From assembly GCF_006345805.1 (NCBI RefSeq), contig NW_021833300.1:11624-75623 (forward strand): a DNA stretch of 64,000 bases, in the 5' to 3' direction. This stretch comes from Octopus sinensis (lineage: Eukaryota). The first letter of the stretch is position 1. Each line of letters starts with the position of its first letter. Shown here piece by piece: positions 25,913 through 39,855 of the stretch. The position numbers and the translations under genes are program-made. The notes under the pieces were generated by a model. That model was not told where the DNA came from, made no database searches, and was given only the letters and a program-made list of their open reading frames with translations.

Positions 25913-28900
25913 TGTATGTATGTATGTATGTATGTATGTATGTATGTATGCATGCATATATGTATATATGCATGTATGTATGTATGTATGTATGTATGTA
26001 TGTATGTATGTATGTATGTGTTTGTGTACGTATGTGTATGTTTGCATGTATGTATGTATGTATGTATGTATGTATGTATGAATGTATGTATGTATGTATG
26101 TATGTATATGTATATATGTATGTATGTATGTATGAATGTCACTATTCAGTTTTATTTCAAGATCTCTTGCCTATAGAGAAAGAGCCGGTTTCTAACCTTG
26201 ATTCAAGACTCCTTCATTGGAATTTCAACATCAGGGTATTATTTTATGTATATGTGTAGATTTGTATGTTTTACTTTATGTATGTCTTCTAATGCATATA
26301 GTTGCATATGTAGACATGTTTATATATATATATTTAAATGAGAAACTTCTGGAAAGTTTTACAGATTTTTTAAATTTCTCAAGTTTGGTAACTAGGCAAC
26401 GTTTACTTTAAATCGAAATACAATCCAAAGCATGGCTTCATTTCAATAAGATTTGGATTCTCGTCCTGTACTCGTTGACCACAGTTTTTTTCGATGGCAT
26501 TAAGTGTAATTTGTCTAGTGCATAATGAAAAATTTAAAGCTATCGATATATTGCCAAGTTAAAATAAAATCGTTTCTCTCACCATGCAAACAAACGCAGT
26601 CAACATGTTTCAAGCGGTTTATTTGCTAAGATCGATGGATAGAAACAGTTGCTGTTGATAACCTAACAAAGCTACGGGTAAAACTGATAATTTACTTACC
26701 TTCTGAAGAGCAAAGCATTCCGGAGAGAAAGAGAAACGAATATAAGACCTGGAATTTAAGAACTTATTTAACGAAAAGTGAAATTACCTGGCGACGACTT
26801 CTGGAGTAAGAGGGAAAGAAAGTTCAAGTTGGCCATCAATTTTTATAAGAGTGGAATAACTCGGGAGAGATTGTTTTAAAGACATTGTCTTTTCGAAGCC
26901 AATGCAAAAAGAAATCAACTGTGAAATATCCTGAATTTATTCTTACATTATCAGAACGAAGAGAATAGGAATAAATAAAAGAAAGCTTGTTTATCGAGAC
27001 TAGGAAAAGGGAACATTAAAAGGCAGAAGCTTATTGTTTGCAGTGGGACACGTCTTGTTGGTCGGTTTTACAACTAAAAGTGAAGTTTACTTAACAACCC
27101 TGTAACAGTCATGAACCTTAAAGGTAAGTGAATTAATAATATTAAGAATGAAAAGAGAGATAATTACTGAAATTGTTTTTATAATTCTATGATATAAAAT
27201 ACTGTAGCTGACTTGTGCTTTTATTACACTCGGTTTACCATTTTCATTTTCCACTTCCGATGAGAATGGAAAGGACGGAGATGGATTTGTAGAAATCATG
27301 GATCGACTGATCAACTATCCTTTCTACTCTGTCTTGAAACTTAACGTTCTGATTTCGAATTTTGCTGTGATTTAGGATTTAATGTAGATAGACAGATTTA
27401 AAATAAAGAAATAGATATGAAAATAGGGTAATAATTCTTAGGATAGTGATTAGCGATCTGTTGAATATTAAAATAAATAACACTGGGCAAATTTTTTCTT
27501 GTCTGGTGCCTGGAAAATTTCAATGAATTCCAAGTGATTTTGCCTGCTAAATTCAAAACTTACTCCAGTTTTTCCTTATCAGGTCTGGTTTTCTGACTAG
27601 ACCTGATATAGTAAGTATTTTAGTCATACAAGAGGCATATAATATAAATTAATAAAAGAGAGATTATTACTGAAATTAATTTTATAATTCTATAATATAG
27701 AATACTGTAATTGACTTGCGCTTTAGTACACTCGGCTTACTATTATAATTTCTCATTTCCAAAAAGAATGGAAAGGACATGGATGGATTTGTAGAAATCA
27801 TGAATCGACTGATAAAATATCTTTAGTATTCAGCCATGAAATTTTACATTTTGACTTCGAATCCCACTGGGATTTAGGATTTAATTTGTATAGATTTCAA
27901 ATAAATGAATTGAAATATAAATAGAGTAATGGTTCCTAGGGCAATAATTAAGGTACTGTTGAATAACAAATATAACTTTAGGTATTTCATTTAATAAAAA
28001 TAATTATTAAACAATTATAGGCGTAGGAGTGGCTGTGTGGTAAGTAGCTTGCTTACCAAACTCATGGTTCCGGGTTCAATCCCACTGCGTGACACCTTGG
28101 GCAAGTGTCTTCTACTATGGTCTCTGGCCGCCTAAAGCCTTGTGAGTGGATTTGGTAGACGGAAACTGAAAGAAGCCCGTCGTATATATGTATATATATA
28201 TATGTCTGTGTGTGTGTGTGTTTGTGTGTCTGTGTTTGTCCTCCCAACATCGGTTGACAACCGATGCTGGTGTGTTTACGCCCCCGTAACTTAGCGGTTC
28301 GGCAAAAGAGACCGATAGAATAAGTACTAAGCTTACAAAGAATTAGTCCTGGGGTCGATTTCCTCGGCTATAGGCGGTGCTCCAGCATGGCCGCAGTCAA
28401 ATGAGTGAAACAAGTAAAAGAGTAAAAGAGTAAAAGAAAGACTTTTCTGATTTCTCTCAGAAAGGTCTCAAGCGACTTAGTCTGTTCATTTCACCTTAAA
28501 TCTCCAAACGGATGTTTCTCTTGCTTTCACTTTCACTTTCTCTCTTTTTACAATTTCTTCTAAACTTATGAAAGACCTTTTCATTCCTTTGATGATTTAA
28601 ATCCACATCCCTGTCTACAATTCTTTCCTCATTCATTGACTAAATTCTTTTTTCGTATTTCACAACGTATTCAACAGGGTTATTCTTGAACGCTTTAAAA
28701 CATATGACATATGAGGTGGTGGTTAAAGTTGATAAAAATAACAGCTAATCAGGCCTTAAATCGTGCACCAAAATATATTTTCTTTCGTTTTTATTTCATC
28801 GGCTGAATTCCCGTGTATAGAATATAAATTCGCCAAAATTATTTTAAAATTCCCCAAGATGAAAAAAACTTATGAGGGGTTATATATATATATATATATA

Positions 28901-28931
28901 AGCGAGAAAGAAGCAACAAGAATGGATAGGT

Positions 28932-29022
28932 TTTTAGTACAATCGTTTCATACAAGGACAGGCTTTATTAAAAGTTGTAAAAATTACAGCATATAAACGT
29001 GTCCCGTACTCATCAGCTAAAA
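28932..29022 (-). ncRNA. Minimal type I hammerhead ribozyme in the 3' pLTR
   Basis: Exact reverse complement of the motif at 32997-33087. Confidence 0.85.
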
Positions 29023-32000
29023 TACATGTGAGTTCTCTAGACATCCTAGTGGTTGAGGCTATACTCATGAAGTAATGTAGATAATTAAGTAACATAAACA
29101 GATTTCCAATGTTCATTAAAGTTCTTTAAAGATGATGTACAGTCTTATCACAGAATTTAAAAAAAGTTTTAATAGCATCACAGAGAAGGTGACCTAATCC
29201 ATAGAGCACATATGAATTTCCAGAGATATGATGAGGGATTACATACTCACAGAAGACAAATTTATCCATTGTTAATCACAACGAGGTGGGTCTCAATTCC
29301 TGCTTATTAGCATTACAGAGAGGGTGAATTAATCCTTTGTATAGATGCACAATTTCCAATGGTGTAGATGTAAATTTCCAGAGAAATGAAGAGGAATTTC
29401 ATATTCACAGGCGATAAATTTATCAATGGTTGAACACAATGAGGTAGGTATCAATTCTTGTTATATGATTAGGTGTTTGCCACATTAATCACATTACTGC
29501 TATTTACAAGAGGCTGTAGCTATTTACTTTTAAGGCTGAAGGGCTTTCTAGAGAGGTAAAGAATAGAAAAGGAAGGGAAATAGAGAAAAGAGAGAAATAA
29601 AGGAGGAGGGAGCAAAAAAGGGGGGGAAGGGGACTAAAAGAGAAGAAAAAGGAAAAGAGAATAAGAAGAAGAAAAAGAAAAAAGAGAAAAGAGAAAGAAA
29701 TAGGGAAAGAAGGGAAAAAAGAAAAAGAAAAAAAAGAGGGTTCTAGTTATACAGAAGAATTAGTAGACGGCAAGTCTGGTTTTAATTTACAGGCATCTAG
29801 GAACTAGAGGAGAATATTATTCTTTGACCAGTAAAACAGCTAATTTATTGCTGTTGAAATCAGCTATGAATTTAAAGAGAATCTAAAGAGATAACACAGT
29901 CAGGGGTTTAGGGGTCAGATGCTAAAATCAAAAGAAAATACATTAGGAAAATCTAAGTATAATCTTATCAAAAAGTCATTAAAATTTACTTATTTAATTT
30001 TTCATTTTATTGTCTTAAGGAGTTGCCGTTATTATTCATACATTGACGGACTACAGGTCAAATCTTAGAAGATCATTTACAGGTGTTAGGGGATTGTCTA
30101 TCATAATGAAGATAATCATATTATCACCGAGGGGGTAGCCTTATTTATTTAATTTTGCATAGAATTATGGGGCTATAGTAACTCATTTTATTTTATTAGA
30201 GTTATGCTACTTAAATTAGATTAAGTTAGGAATTAAAATTAAAAATTACAATTAAGATTTAAATTAAGAATTTAAAAATTATGAGTTTGAAATTAAATAA
30301 AGCCTCAATTAAGCAGCGTATAAGTACTATTCATTTCCCTGTTCTCAAAAAACTGATGCAGATATAAGAAAAAGATAACTGTAGTGTGAGAACTCTTAGT
30401 TATCTACTTAAAGCAGTGCTATACTAGTAGAAATCAAGTTATATCTATCTATCTAGTTACGAATATTCTAATCATTTAAAATATTTTAAAGTCTTCAATT
30501 TAGCGTGGACACAAACTTGACCTAGTTCGATATGGTTATTCAATAAGTTTCTATGTTTTCTATGCTTTAGAATTTCATACGTCTCCATGGAGCATAGTTG
30601 GCAACCAACCCTACTATTTTTATACGGAATTGCTCTCCTAACTATTTCCCAATTAAGGTTATAATTTTTATTATTATTTTTGAGTTCCCAGATTTTGTTT
30701 GAAAGTGTGGTGGTACCAGCTTTATGACGTAATTTAAAAGACGAGATGTGATTTCTAACTCTGGCTAGAAAATTAATTGTACATCCAATGTAAAGATATT
30801 TGTTATTCTCCGTGGATATGGTACATTTATAGATTACATTATTTTCCCCACATAGACCAGGTGCCGGGCATTTTGATTTTATTCTACACTTACACACAGG
30901 AGGAACAACTTCAGGCTTTGATTATTCTTGGGTAGATGTCTTAGGTTCCTATTATTTTGATTATCATTTCTATAGTTGGTGCTGGTATCTAAAGTATTGC
31001 TATTATTTATTGATCCTTCAGCTTCATCATTTAGGTCTAAAGTCCTACCATGATTTCTTATATTATTGGTAATGTTACTATTATTGTTAGTATTTTTATC
31101 CGACTGCATATTGTTGTTATAAATATCACTGATATTTTCATTCTCCTTATTTTCTCCATTAGCCTTATATCTATTATTTCTATTATTAACATTATTACTT
31201 CTATTATATCGGCATTGTTATTATTACTATTAATGTTAATGTTATTAGTCATTCTGTGGTTACTAATTTCACCTATGTTTTGATAGTTACTATTGCTGTT
31301 TTTATTGTTGGTAGTATTATTATAATTGCTATTGGTATTCATGCTGATTATTATTTTTATTTTATTTCTATCTTTCCTGGCTAGTTTAATGTTTTTATTA
31401 TTAATCTTAGCTATTAAAGTGGACATATTGGAGGGTTGAATAAGAAATCCTAACTGTTTTCCTAGATATAATTCTATGATATCTATGAGAGATAGGGAAA
31501 TTTTTTTCCAGAATTACTTTGAATTTGTTCTGTATATCCGATTGTATCGCACAGTTGAAAGGGATATTCAGCCATAATATGTCTTTTTTATTAAATTTAG
31601 GGTTCGTAGAATTACTACTATTCATCTCACCGGAGTTATTGTATTTATTACCATTATTTTTATTTTTATTTGTGTGCATCTTAGGTTTATCTACTTCAAT
31701 ATTATCCGAGTTACCCAATTTCTGGTCAATGCTTCTATTTGAATTGTTGGGCCTGTACGCTAGATTAGCGTTTACCATTAATTTAATTCTACTTTTATTT
31801 CGGGATTGGTCTGTATTGCTGCTTACGTGATTACTGATAACTTCATTATTAGGAATACGTGAGTTCCCCTTATCAACGAATGTAATCTTTTGGTTGTATC
31901 CAGCCTTAGTTAACGCCTCATTATAATGCTCAGAATGGGAGTTAAATATATCTTATTGGATGATAATTTTGAAATTCTTAATGAAATATTTCTTACTAAA

Positions 32001-32996
32001 GATTCTATTATATTTGGGGATGATTTGATAATTTATTTACGTAATTCGTGATTTCGCCTTCCTTTCTAAATGGGTAATGTAGCTTGGAGTTAAGGTCTAG
32101 CGTAATATCTAGGAAGTTAACTATTTTATGCCCGGTTCATACGTTATACTGAGGTTGAAATCCTTAAAGAACTTATTAATTTTCTTTCTAATCCTTTCTA
32201 TAACAGATTATTATTACTAGGGATAACAAACAGAGCATCATCCCTATATAGACCCCCCTGTATTTCTGGTATATCCTTGCTTATGCATTTTAATAGATAT
32301 GCGCCTACTAGGTTGGTTACCTCAGCCGAATCACTGGAACCCATTGGTATATCAAAAAAATTAGGTGTATCTGCTCTAGTCCATAATTTATCTTCAAATT
32401 CTATAAATGTCTTCCTAGCTAGTAGCACAATATTGATTTCTTCTCTAGATATGAGGGAGCGATTCATGGCAAATATTAGTGATTTGTTGAGTAAGATAGG
32501 GAAATACTAGAGTAATAACTATTAATATCGAACTGATTAGGCAAACACCTAATCATATAACAAGAATTGATACCTACCTCATTGTGTTCAACCATTAATA
32601 AATTTATCGCTTGTGAATATGAAATTCCTCTTCATTTCTCTGGAAATTTACATCTACACCATTGGAAATTGTGCATCTATACAAAGAATTAATTCACCCT
32701 CTCTGTAATGCTAATAAGCAGGAATTGAGACCCACCTCGTTGTGATTAACAATGGATAAATTTGTCTTCTGTGAGTATGTAATCCCTCATCATATCTCTG
32801 GAAATTCATATGTGCTCTATGGATTAGGTCACCTTCTCTGTGATGCTATTAAAACTTTTAAAATTCTGTGATAAGACTGTACATCATCTTTAAAGAACTT
32901 TAATGAACATTGGAAATCTGTTTATGTTACTTAATTATCTACATTACTTCATGAGTATAGCCTCAACCACTAGGATGTCTAGAGAACTCACATGTA

Positions 32997-33087
32997 TTTT
33001 AGCTGATGAGTACGGGACACGTTTATATGCTGTAATTTTTACAACTTTTAATAAAGCCTGTCCTTGTATGAAACGATTGTACTAAAA
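32997..33087 (+). ncRNA. Minimal type I hammerhead ribozyme in the inverted 5' pLTR
   Basis: Stem I UUUUAG/CUAAAA; core CUGAUGA (33003-33009); stem II GUACGGGAC/GUCCUUGUAU; GAAAC (33070-33074); short stem III with loop GAUU; cleavage triplet GUA (33079-33081). Confidence 0.85.
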
Positions 33088-33234
33088 ACCTATCCATTCT
33101 TGTTGCTTCTTTCTCGCTTATAATCACCCCACATTACTGTATTGTTAAAACAGTATAGTTTTTTTTGGTGCATCTAAGTTAGGTACCATATTCAAGTAAA
33201 TTCATTTAAATTAACTTGAATCTTTATTGCTTTT

Positions 33235-33283
<49 letters not shown>

Positions 33284-33451
33284 TATATATATTATGTGTG
33301 TGTGTGTGTGTGGGGTGCGCGTGTGGTGTGTTGTGGTGTATGTGTGTGTGTGTGTGTGTGGCTGCGTGTGTGTGTGTGTATAATGTCTATATATATATGT
33401 ATATATATATATATGTAATATTATATATATAATATATATATATATATATAC

Positions 33452-33516
<65 letters not shown>

Positions 33517-33569
33517 AGAGACAGAGAGAGAGAGAGATAGATACATAATATATATATATATAATATATA

Positions 33570-35470
33570 TCCTTAAATCCTTAAATCCTTAAAAATGTTT
33601 TAGCCCGAAGGCCGCGGCCATGCCGGGGCACCACCGCTGAATGAGCTACACTAATTTGTGAATCCACCTCTGATACGTGGCACTTAATCAACAAGGGAGT
33701 TCGATGCTGCTGCCCGCATCCGCGTCTCCTCTCGTGAGGTAGGTTCATCTGGGACTCCCAACAAGAAGAGATCCAGTTTAGTTTTAAAGAAACCCACACC
33801 CACACCGTCTAAGTCTCTCAGGCATTTAGGGAGGATATTAAAGAGCTCTGAACCCCAAGCTGTTGCAGTATCTGGACCTGTATTTTGATGGTGATGTTGG
33901 AATCCTTGGCACCATGCAGTGGCGCCCCGTTCTGCGGTTGGAGTAACTTTGAATGCCAAAGTTTGGGACAAGACCCTCCAGGATTTTCCAGATGTATATC
34001 ACCGCATATCTATCCCGCCTCCGCTCTAGGGAGAAGAGGTTTAATACCTTCAGTCTTTCCCAGTAGCTGATATTTTGCATTGAGACGATTTTCTTTGTGT
34101 AGCTTCTCTGAATTGCTTCGAGTTCTGCTGTTAGCTTTATATTGTGTGGTGACCAAAGTTGGGAGCAGTAGTCCAAGCGGCTGAGGACGAATGTTTTCCA
34201 GAGGACCATCAGTGTCTCCTTCTCTCTTGTTCTGAAAGTTCGGAGAATCCATCCAGCTAGCCGTCTGCATTTTATCACCAGATTAGCAATATGCATTTGG
34301 AAAGATGCATCATTGCTCATGTCAATGCCCAGGTCACGCACTGATTTTGACTCAGGGATTGCAATTCTTCCTGGGCCAGTGTATCCAGTCTTCACATCAT
34401 TTACCTTTGTGTGCCAGTAGCGCAGGGCCTGGAGCTTACCTGCATTAAACTGCATGTTGTTGTCCTCAGCCCATCTGTATATTGTGTCCAGCTCATGTTG
34501 CAGATGCGCAATATTTTCAGGGTTTTGTATTGCGTGGGAGACTTTTGTGTCATCTGCATAGCTAGCAAGGGTGGTCATCGTAGCAACTGAAGGCATGTCT
34601 GAAAGGGCCACTATGAACATCAGTGGCCCCAAGACAGTGCCCTGTGGGACACCGCTTGTTATTTGCGTTTCCTTGGAGGTGGCTTCATTGCTCACAACTG
34701 CCTGTTTTCTGTCTTTTAGGAAGTTGTGCAGCCACTCTCCAAGTTTCCCGCCTATGCCACGCAGTTTGTGACAGATCATACCTTGATCCACTTTATCAAA
34801 GGCTTTTGCAAAGTCGAGATATATTACATCCACATTTGAGCCATTTAGTAGCTGTTTCAACACCCTGTCATAGTGTTGCAGGAGCTGTGTTAGGCAGCCT
34901 CTACCTGGTCGAAATCCATGCTGGGTGTCAGACAGCAAGTCACTTTCTTCAAGGAACATGATTAGTTTCTTGCGGACTATTCGTTCAATGACTTTGCTGA
35001 TGTGTAAGGTCAGAGAGATAGGCCTATAATTTTTAGCATCTGCTCTGCTACCTCCCTTATGGATAGGGCATATTACCCCCTCTTTCAATTTGACTGGGAG
35101 CTTACCACTTGCAAGAAAGCTCTATAAAGAAGCTGTAGCGGTTTTGCAAGGGCTCGTTTGCATGATTTGAGAAGGATCGATGGGAATCCATCAGGTCCAG
35201 CAGGTGAGTTTGTGTCAATCTCATCAATGGCTAGTGTGATATCATCATCTTCGATGTTGATGTACTCAATTTTTGTCTCTTTGGCCGCAGGTAAAGTGGC
35301 AAAGAATTCTTCTGGGTTGTTTACTTGCCTGTGCCCTAGAGGTGTAGTGAACACACTTTGGAACTGTTATTCAGTATTTCACTTATCCTCGTGGGCTTTC
35401 CTGTGAGAGAGCCATCTTTTTGGAAGAGAGGTCCTATTCTCTGGTGCACTGTGAGTGTCTCTTTGGCAAA
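33570..35470 (-). mobile_element. 5'-truncated CR1/L2-group LINE family B copy
   Basis: ORF 33838..35088- is nearly identical to the RT at 21648-23600; tail ccttaaatccttaaatccttaaaaatg; flanked by (TA)n. Confidence 0.95.
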
Positions 35471-35484
35471 CGTAATATATATAT

Positions 35485-35632
35485 ATATATTATATTAAAG
35501 TAGAGATAAATCCACTATTAGGCAAATCAAACAGTGAAAAACATAAGCAATACATAAAATTAATTTAAAATATAAAAGTTAACAATAAAAAATTATTTAA
35601 ATAATTTACACTTATAAATTTTATACATATAT

Positions 35633-35692
<60 letters not shown>

Positions 35693-37115
35693 ATATTTTT
35701 TATAGTTATATATTATTTTATTAATTAATTAATTTATTAATTTATTTATTTATTTATTTTTTTTTTAATATTTTTTTTATTATAATATATCAAAAGTATT
35801 AAAAGTTTAATAAAAGATAAAGAGTAAAACACTACGATCGTTTCATGGCTGTACCAATTCGAATAACAATAATTTAAATTCAATTAATATTCGAGTTATG
35901 GTTACAGTCAATCTTCAGGCTAATTGAAATATTTTAAAAATAATCAGAAATATTTAAACAATATGTTTAAGATATATATAATATAATAATTTTACTTATA
36001 ATAAACTCTATTATCAAACTAGAAACTTAAAACTTAACAATTATGATTATATCAAAATTAATTATAATATTAAATATTAATTTTAATTTATAAGGTAGGA
36101 AACCCACCAATAATTTAATATCGGTAATAGTCTATATCTAATTACATAAATATTTTAAAAAAACAAAAAAAAAACTATTATATATAAATTATCAATGAAA
36201 ATATATAAACGTATATAAATATTATAGTAAGAACTAAAATAATCTCTATAAATAAATATATATGGTCATATAATAAAAACCTAATAAATTAATTTTTCAT
36301 ATTTAAAGATGAAATAGCTAATTTCAAAAATACAAACAAACTTAAACGAACTTTCGGAAATCTTATGTAAAATACTTATAGAAATAATCAATTCGTAGTT
36401 ATATAGTATAGAATAAATACTATAAATATAATTATCAATGGGAATAACTAGCGAATGTGAATTTTAAAAGACAATAACTAAGTTATGCTACTAAGTTAGT
36501 CATGGCCTTGACCAATCTTTAGTCGAAACATATCTAAGTTTATCAAAGTTTATCTGATTTTAATTATAAGAAATTTAAAACTACAATTAATACTATTAAT
36601 ACATGTACATACAAAAGCCTAACTTTAGACACCTCGTATATTTGCTATCAAACATAAATCTATTGCTAAGTAGTATCGTACAATAAACTTAAATTTAATA
36701 TCTAATAATATAGAAAATTACGATAATTAGATCATTACATAAACAACAATATTTACATAAGGAAAATATTACACCAAAGACTTATAAAATATTAAAATTT
36801 ACAATTTAAAGATCTTAAATATAAATAAATACTTATCTTAGCGAGGTTTTGTAAAAATAAATAAGTAAATAAATTAATTAATTAATTAATTAATAAAATA
36901 ATATATAAATGTAAAAAAATATACACATACATATATATAAATATATATTTGTATATATATATATAAAATTTAAAAGTTTAAATTGTTTAAATAATTTTTT
37001 ATTTTTAACATTTATATTTTAAATTAATTTCATATATTGGCTTATGTTTTTCACTCTTTGATTTGCCTAATAGTGGTTTTATCTCTAATTTAATATAATA
37101 TAATAAAATATATTT
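35485..37115. mobile_element. AT-rich fold-back element: ~270-bp imperfect inverted repeats around a ~1.1 kb decayed core (possibly Penelope-derived)
   Basis: 35485-35760 is the reverse complement of 36855-37115 (agataaatccactattaggcaaatcaaacagtgaaaaac). Decayed hammerhead-like motif at ~35830-35918 minus; LINE family A-like tail at ~36490-36545. Confidence 0.6.
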
Positions 37116-37175
37116 ATACTATAAAATTGGTTTAATCCTAAATCTGATTTTTCCCTGTAAGTTTGGATTTATTCC

Positions 37176-37232
<57 letters not shown>

Positions 37233-37405
37233 GTGTGTGTGTGTAGATAGATAGATAGAGATATAGATATAGATATATATAAGAACACACACACATACAG
37301 GCATATATATATATATATATATCTGTGTGTGTGTGTAGATAGATAGATAGAGATATAGATATAGATATATATAAGAACACACACACATACAGGCATATAT
37401 ATATA

Positions 37406-37436
<31 letters not shown>

Positions 37437-38335
37437 GATATATATAGAGAGAGAGAAAGAGAGAGCCAACATTTGTTTTTGCTATGTCTAAGTTCCTGTA
37501 ACATAGCAGTTCGGCAAATAGGTCGGAAGGAATAAGTGGAATTCTCGACAAAGAGAAATACTGGAGTCGGTCTGTTGGACTAATGACGTCACTGTGGTGC
37601 TCCAGCGTGGCCGTAGTTCAATAACTGTATGAAATAAACAATTAACAATAAAATCTATTTAGTAAATACAATAATGAAGTGGTTTAAGGTATGTGTCCAG
37701 GGAGGTAACTCTCAATATAAGAAAATATAAATTTGAGAGTAACTTCCCTTAACAAAGGCAACTACGAGCGATCAATTGGTTTAGAATGTGTGCGTGGGTC
37801 TATGTATGTATGTATGTATGTATGTATGGGTGTACGTATTTATGTATGTATGTATGAATGTATGTATGTATGTATGTGTGTATGTATGTATGTATGTATG
37901 TAAGTATGTATGTATGTATGCATGGATGGATGTATGTATGTATGAATGTATGTATGTATGTATGAATGTATGTATGTATGCATGTATGTATGTTCCTGAA
38001 GGTCAGCAATGGTCTTCCTCGGTCACGAGTGGACAGCCATCTTCATGTATCATCATGTCTATACACACACACGCACATGTATATAAATGAATATATATAT
38101 GTATATATATATAACTGTATATATGTATATAAGTATATAACTATATATATACATATATGTATATAAATGTATATATATGTATATAAATGTATATTATATA
38201 TGTGTGTATATATATGTATAATTATGTATATATATATATAAATGTATATATATGTATATAAATGTGTATATATATACGCATATAGATGTGTATATATATA
38301 TATGTGTGTATGTATATATGTATATATGTATGTAT

Positions 38336-38426
<91 letters not shown>

Positions 38427-38429
38427 GGA

Positions 38430-39310
38430 GATGAATGTATTTTTACCTTGTTAACAATTAATACGGAAAAAATAAAAATAAATAAATAGTTACCAGGGTA
38501 GCAAAAATTTCACAAGTAAACATGTTGTAACTCCTTGTTTATGAAGGTAGAAACTTCGTGTTTACGTAGAATATTTTGAATAATATATGAATAAATAAAT
38601 GGAGTTTAACGCAGTGTAAATGAAATGTTTTAACTTCCGACACATGTTTCGAAAATTCCACTGATACTATACAAAAGAATAAATGGTATAAACAATGCAA
38701 TCTTCTCTTCGAGAAAGTGAAAAAAACGAAACTCGTCAATACGACATCTTAGCAAAAAATGATCGATTTGTATAGCGATTGACAGAACGCTATTAATATT
38801 GTTTAAAAAAACGTTATATGATATAACGTCATAAGTACCTAACAGAAAGAGTATGGATACCAATACTGAATGTTAAATATAAAGGAAATTAAAGTTTAAA
38901 TTATATATAATTATACAGACTACTTATATGCACTAAATGTGTGTTTTTGCCAATGCTTAAATCTGTATGATCGATCTATAACCGTGTTTACTAGAGTTTT
39001 TTTTAGAAAAAATAATGAAAAATAGCTCAGAATTGCAGAGAAGACAGAATTCCTTGCCTTTGTCATAAGGTATCGAAATTGAGAGAATCAACCATTCTAA
39101 ATGAAATTGTTCATTGTGGTCTTTTAAGTCACAAATCAGTTTGCTGAGACCGGTACTATTACGTTTATTTCTATCTCTAAATGTTGTGTAATGGATAAAA
39201 ATTCTTTTAGATAAGTCTAACGATGTGCTTCCAATGTAAAATCGTACTTTATTACGAGTACTGATGATACACTGGCATATAGAATTTTTACTCTTAAGGT
39301 TACTTGACAT
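38430..39310 (-). mobile_element. Penelope-like 3' fragment (GIY-YIG + terminal repeat), right arm only
   Basis: ORF 38957..39310- ICQCIISTRNKVRFYIGSTSLDLSKRIFIHYTTF..STGLSKLI..WLIL..PYDKGKEFCLLCNSE. Its terminus also occurs at ~15655-15725 and ~18150-18225. Confidence 0.8.
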
Positions 39311-39412
39311 AAACTTATTTCTATTGGAATTGACTTCAGATACATATATATATATATATATATAATATATATATAATATATATATATATTATATTATATA
39401 TATATATATATA

Positions 39413-39470
<58 letters not shown>

Positions 39471-39524
39471 GATATATGTATTTATGTATGTATGTAAGTA
39501 TGTATACTTGTATATTTTTCAGGA

Positions 39525-39855
39525 ATGGAGACAACAATCCAGTACCATTCGATTCTTCTTCTTCTGCCAGCTTTGACACTTTTGCTTTTCGTGACTCTTG
39601 TAACTGCCGGAGAACCAACGAATAGAGAGGGTCTCTTCGAACAAACCACAACATCAAGATGCTTAACAGATCAGAATAAAACTACAAAAACCGCGTCATC
39701 TCGTTTGGAATGTGCGAGTCTGTGTCTTTCCCACGATGAGTGCCAATATTTTAGCTATTGTAATGGCCCGTGTTATATGCATCGATCGCTTTACAACAAA
39801 GAAATTAAAGATCAGGATTGCACGTGTTTATCGTATATTTTACTTTCCGGAAACA
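39525..39855 (+). CDS. Paralogue B first coding exon: signal peptide + PAN/Apple-like domain
   Basis: ORF 39525..39863+; acceptor ttttcag|GA at 39522/39523; donor A|GTATGT at 39856. Confidence 0.9.

Larger units (their letters stand above)
28899..33120 (-). mobile_element. 5'-truncated Penelope-like element with inverted pseudo-LTRs (RT + GIY-YIG, frameshifted)
   Basis: Minus-strand [65 protein letters not shown], and GIY-YIG NVIYKC..YIGCT..RVRNH..CQLCSME. Terminal inverted repeats 28899-29481 and 32540-33120 with about four differences seen. Confidence 0.93.

Noticed and set aside
27255-27385. EF-hand-like peptide GKDGDGFVEIMD
   Set aside because: Position 1 is not Asp, the frame stops soon after, and the motif is not kept in sister copies.
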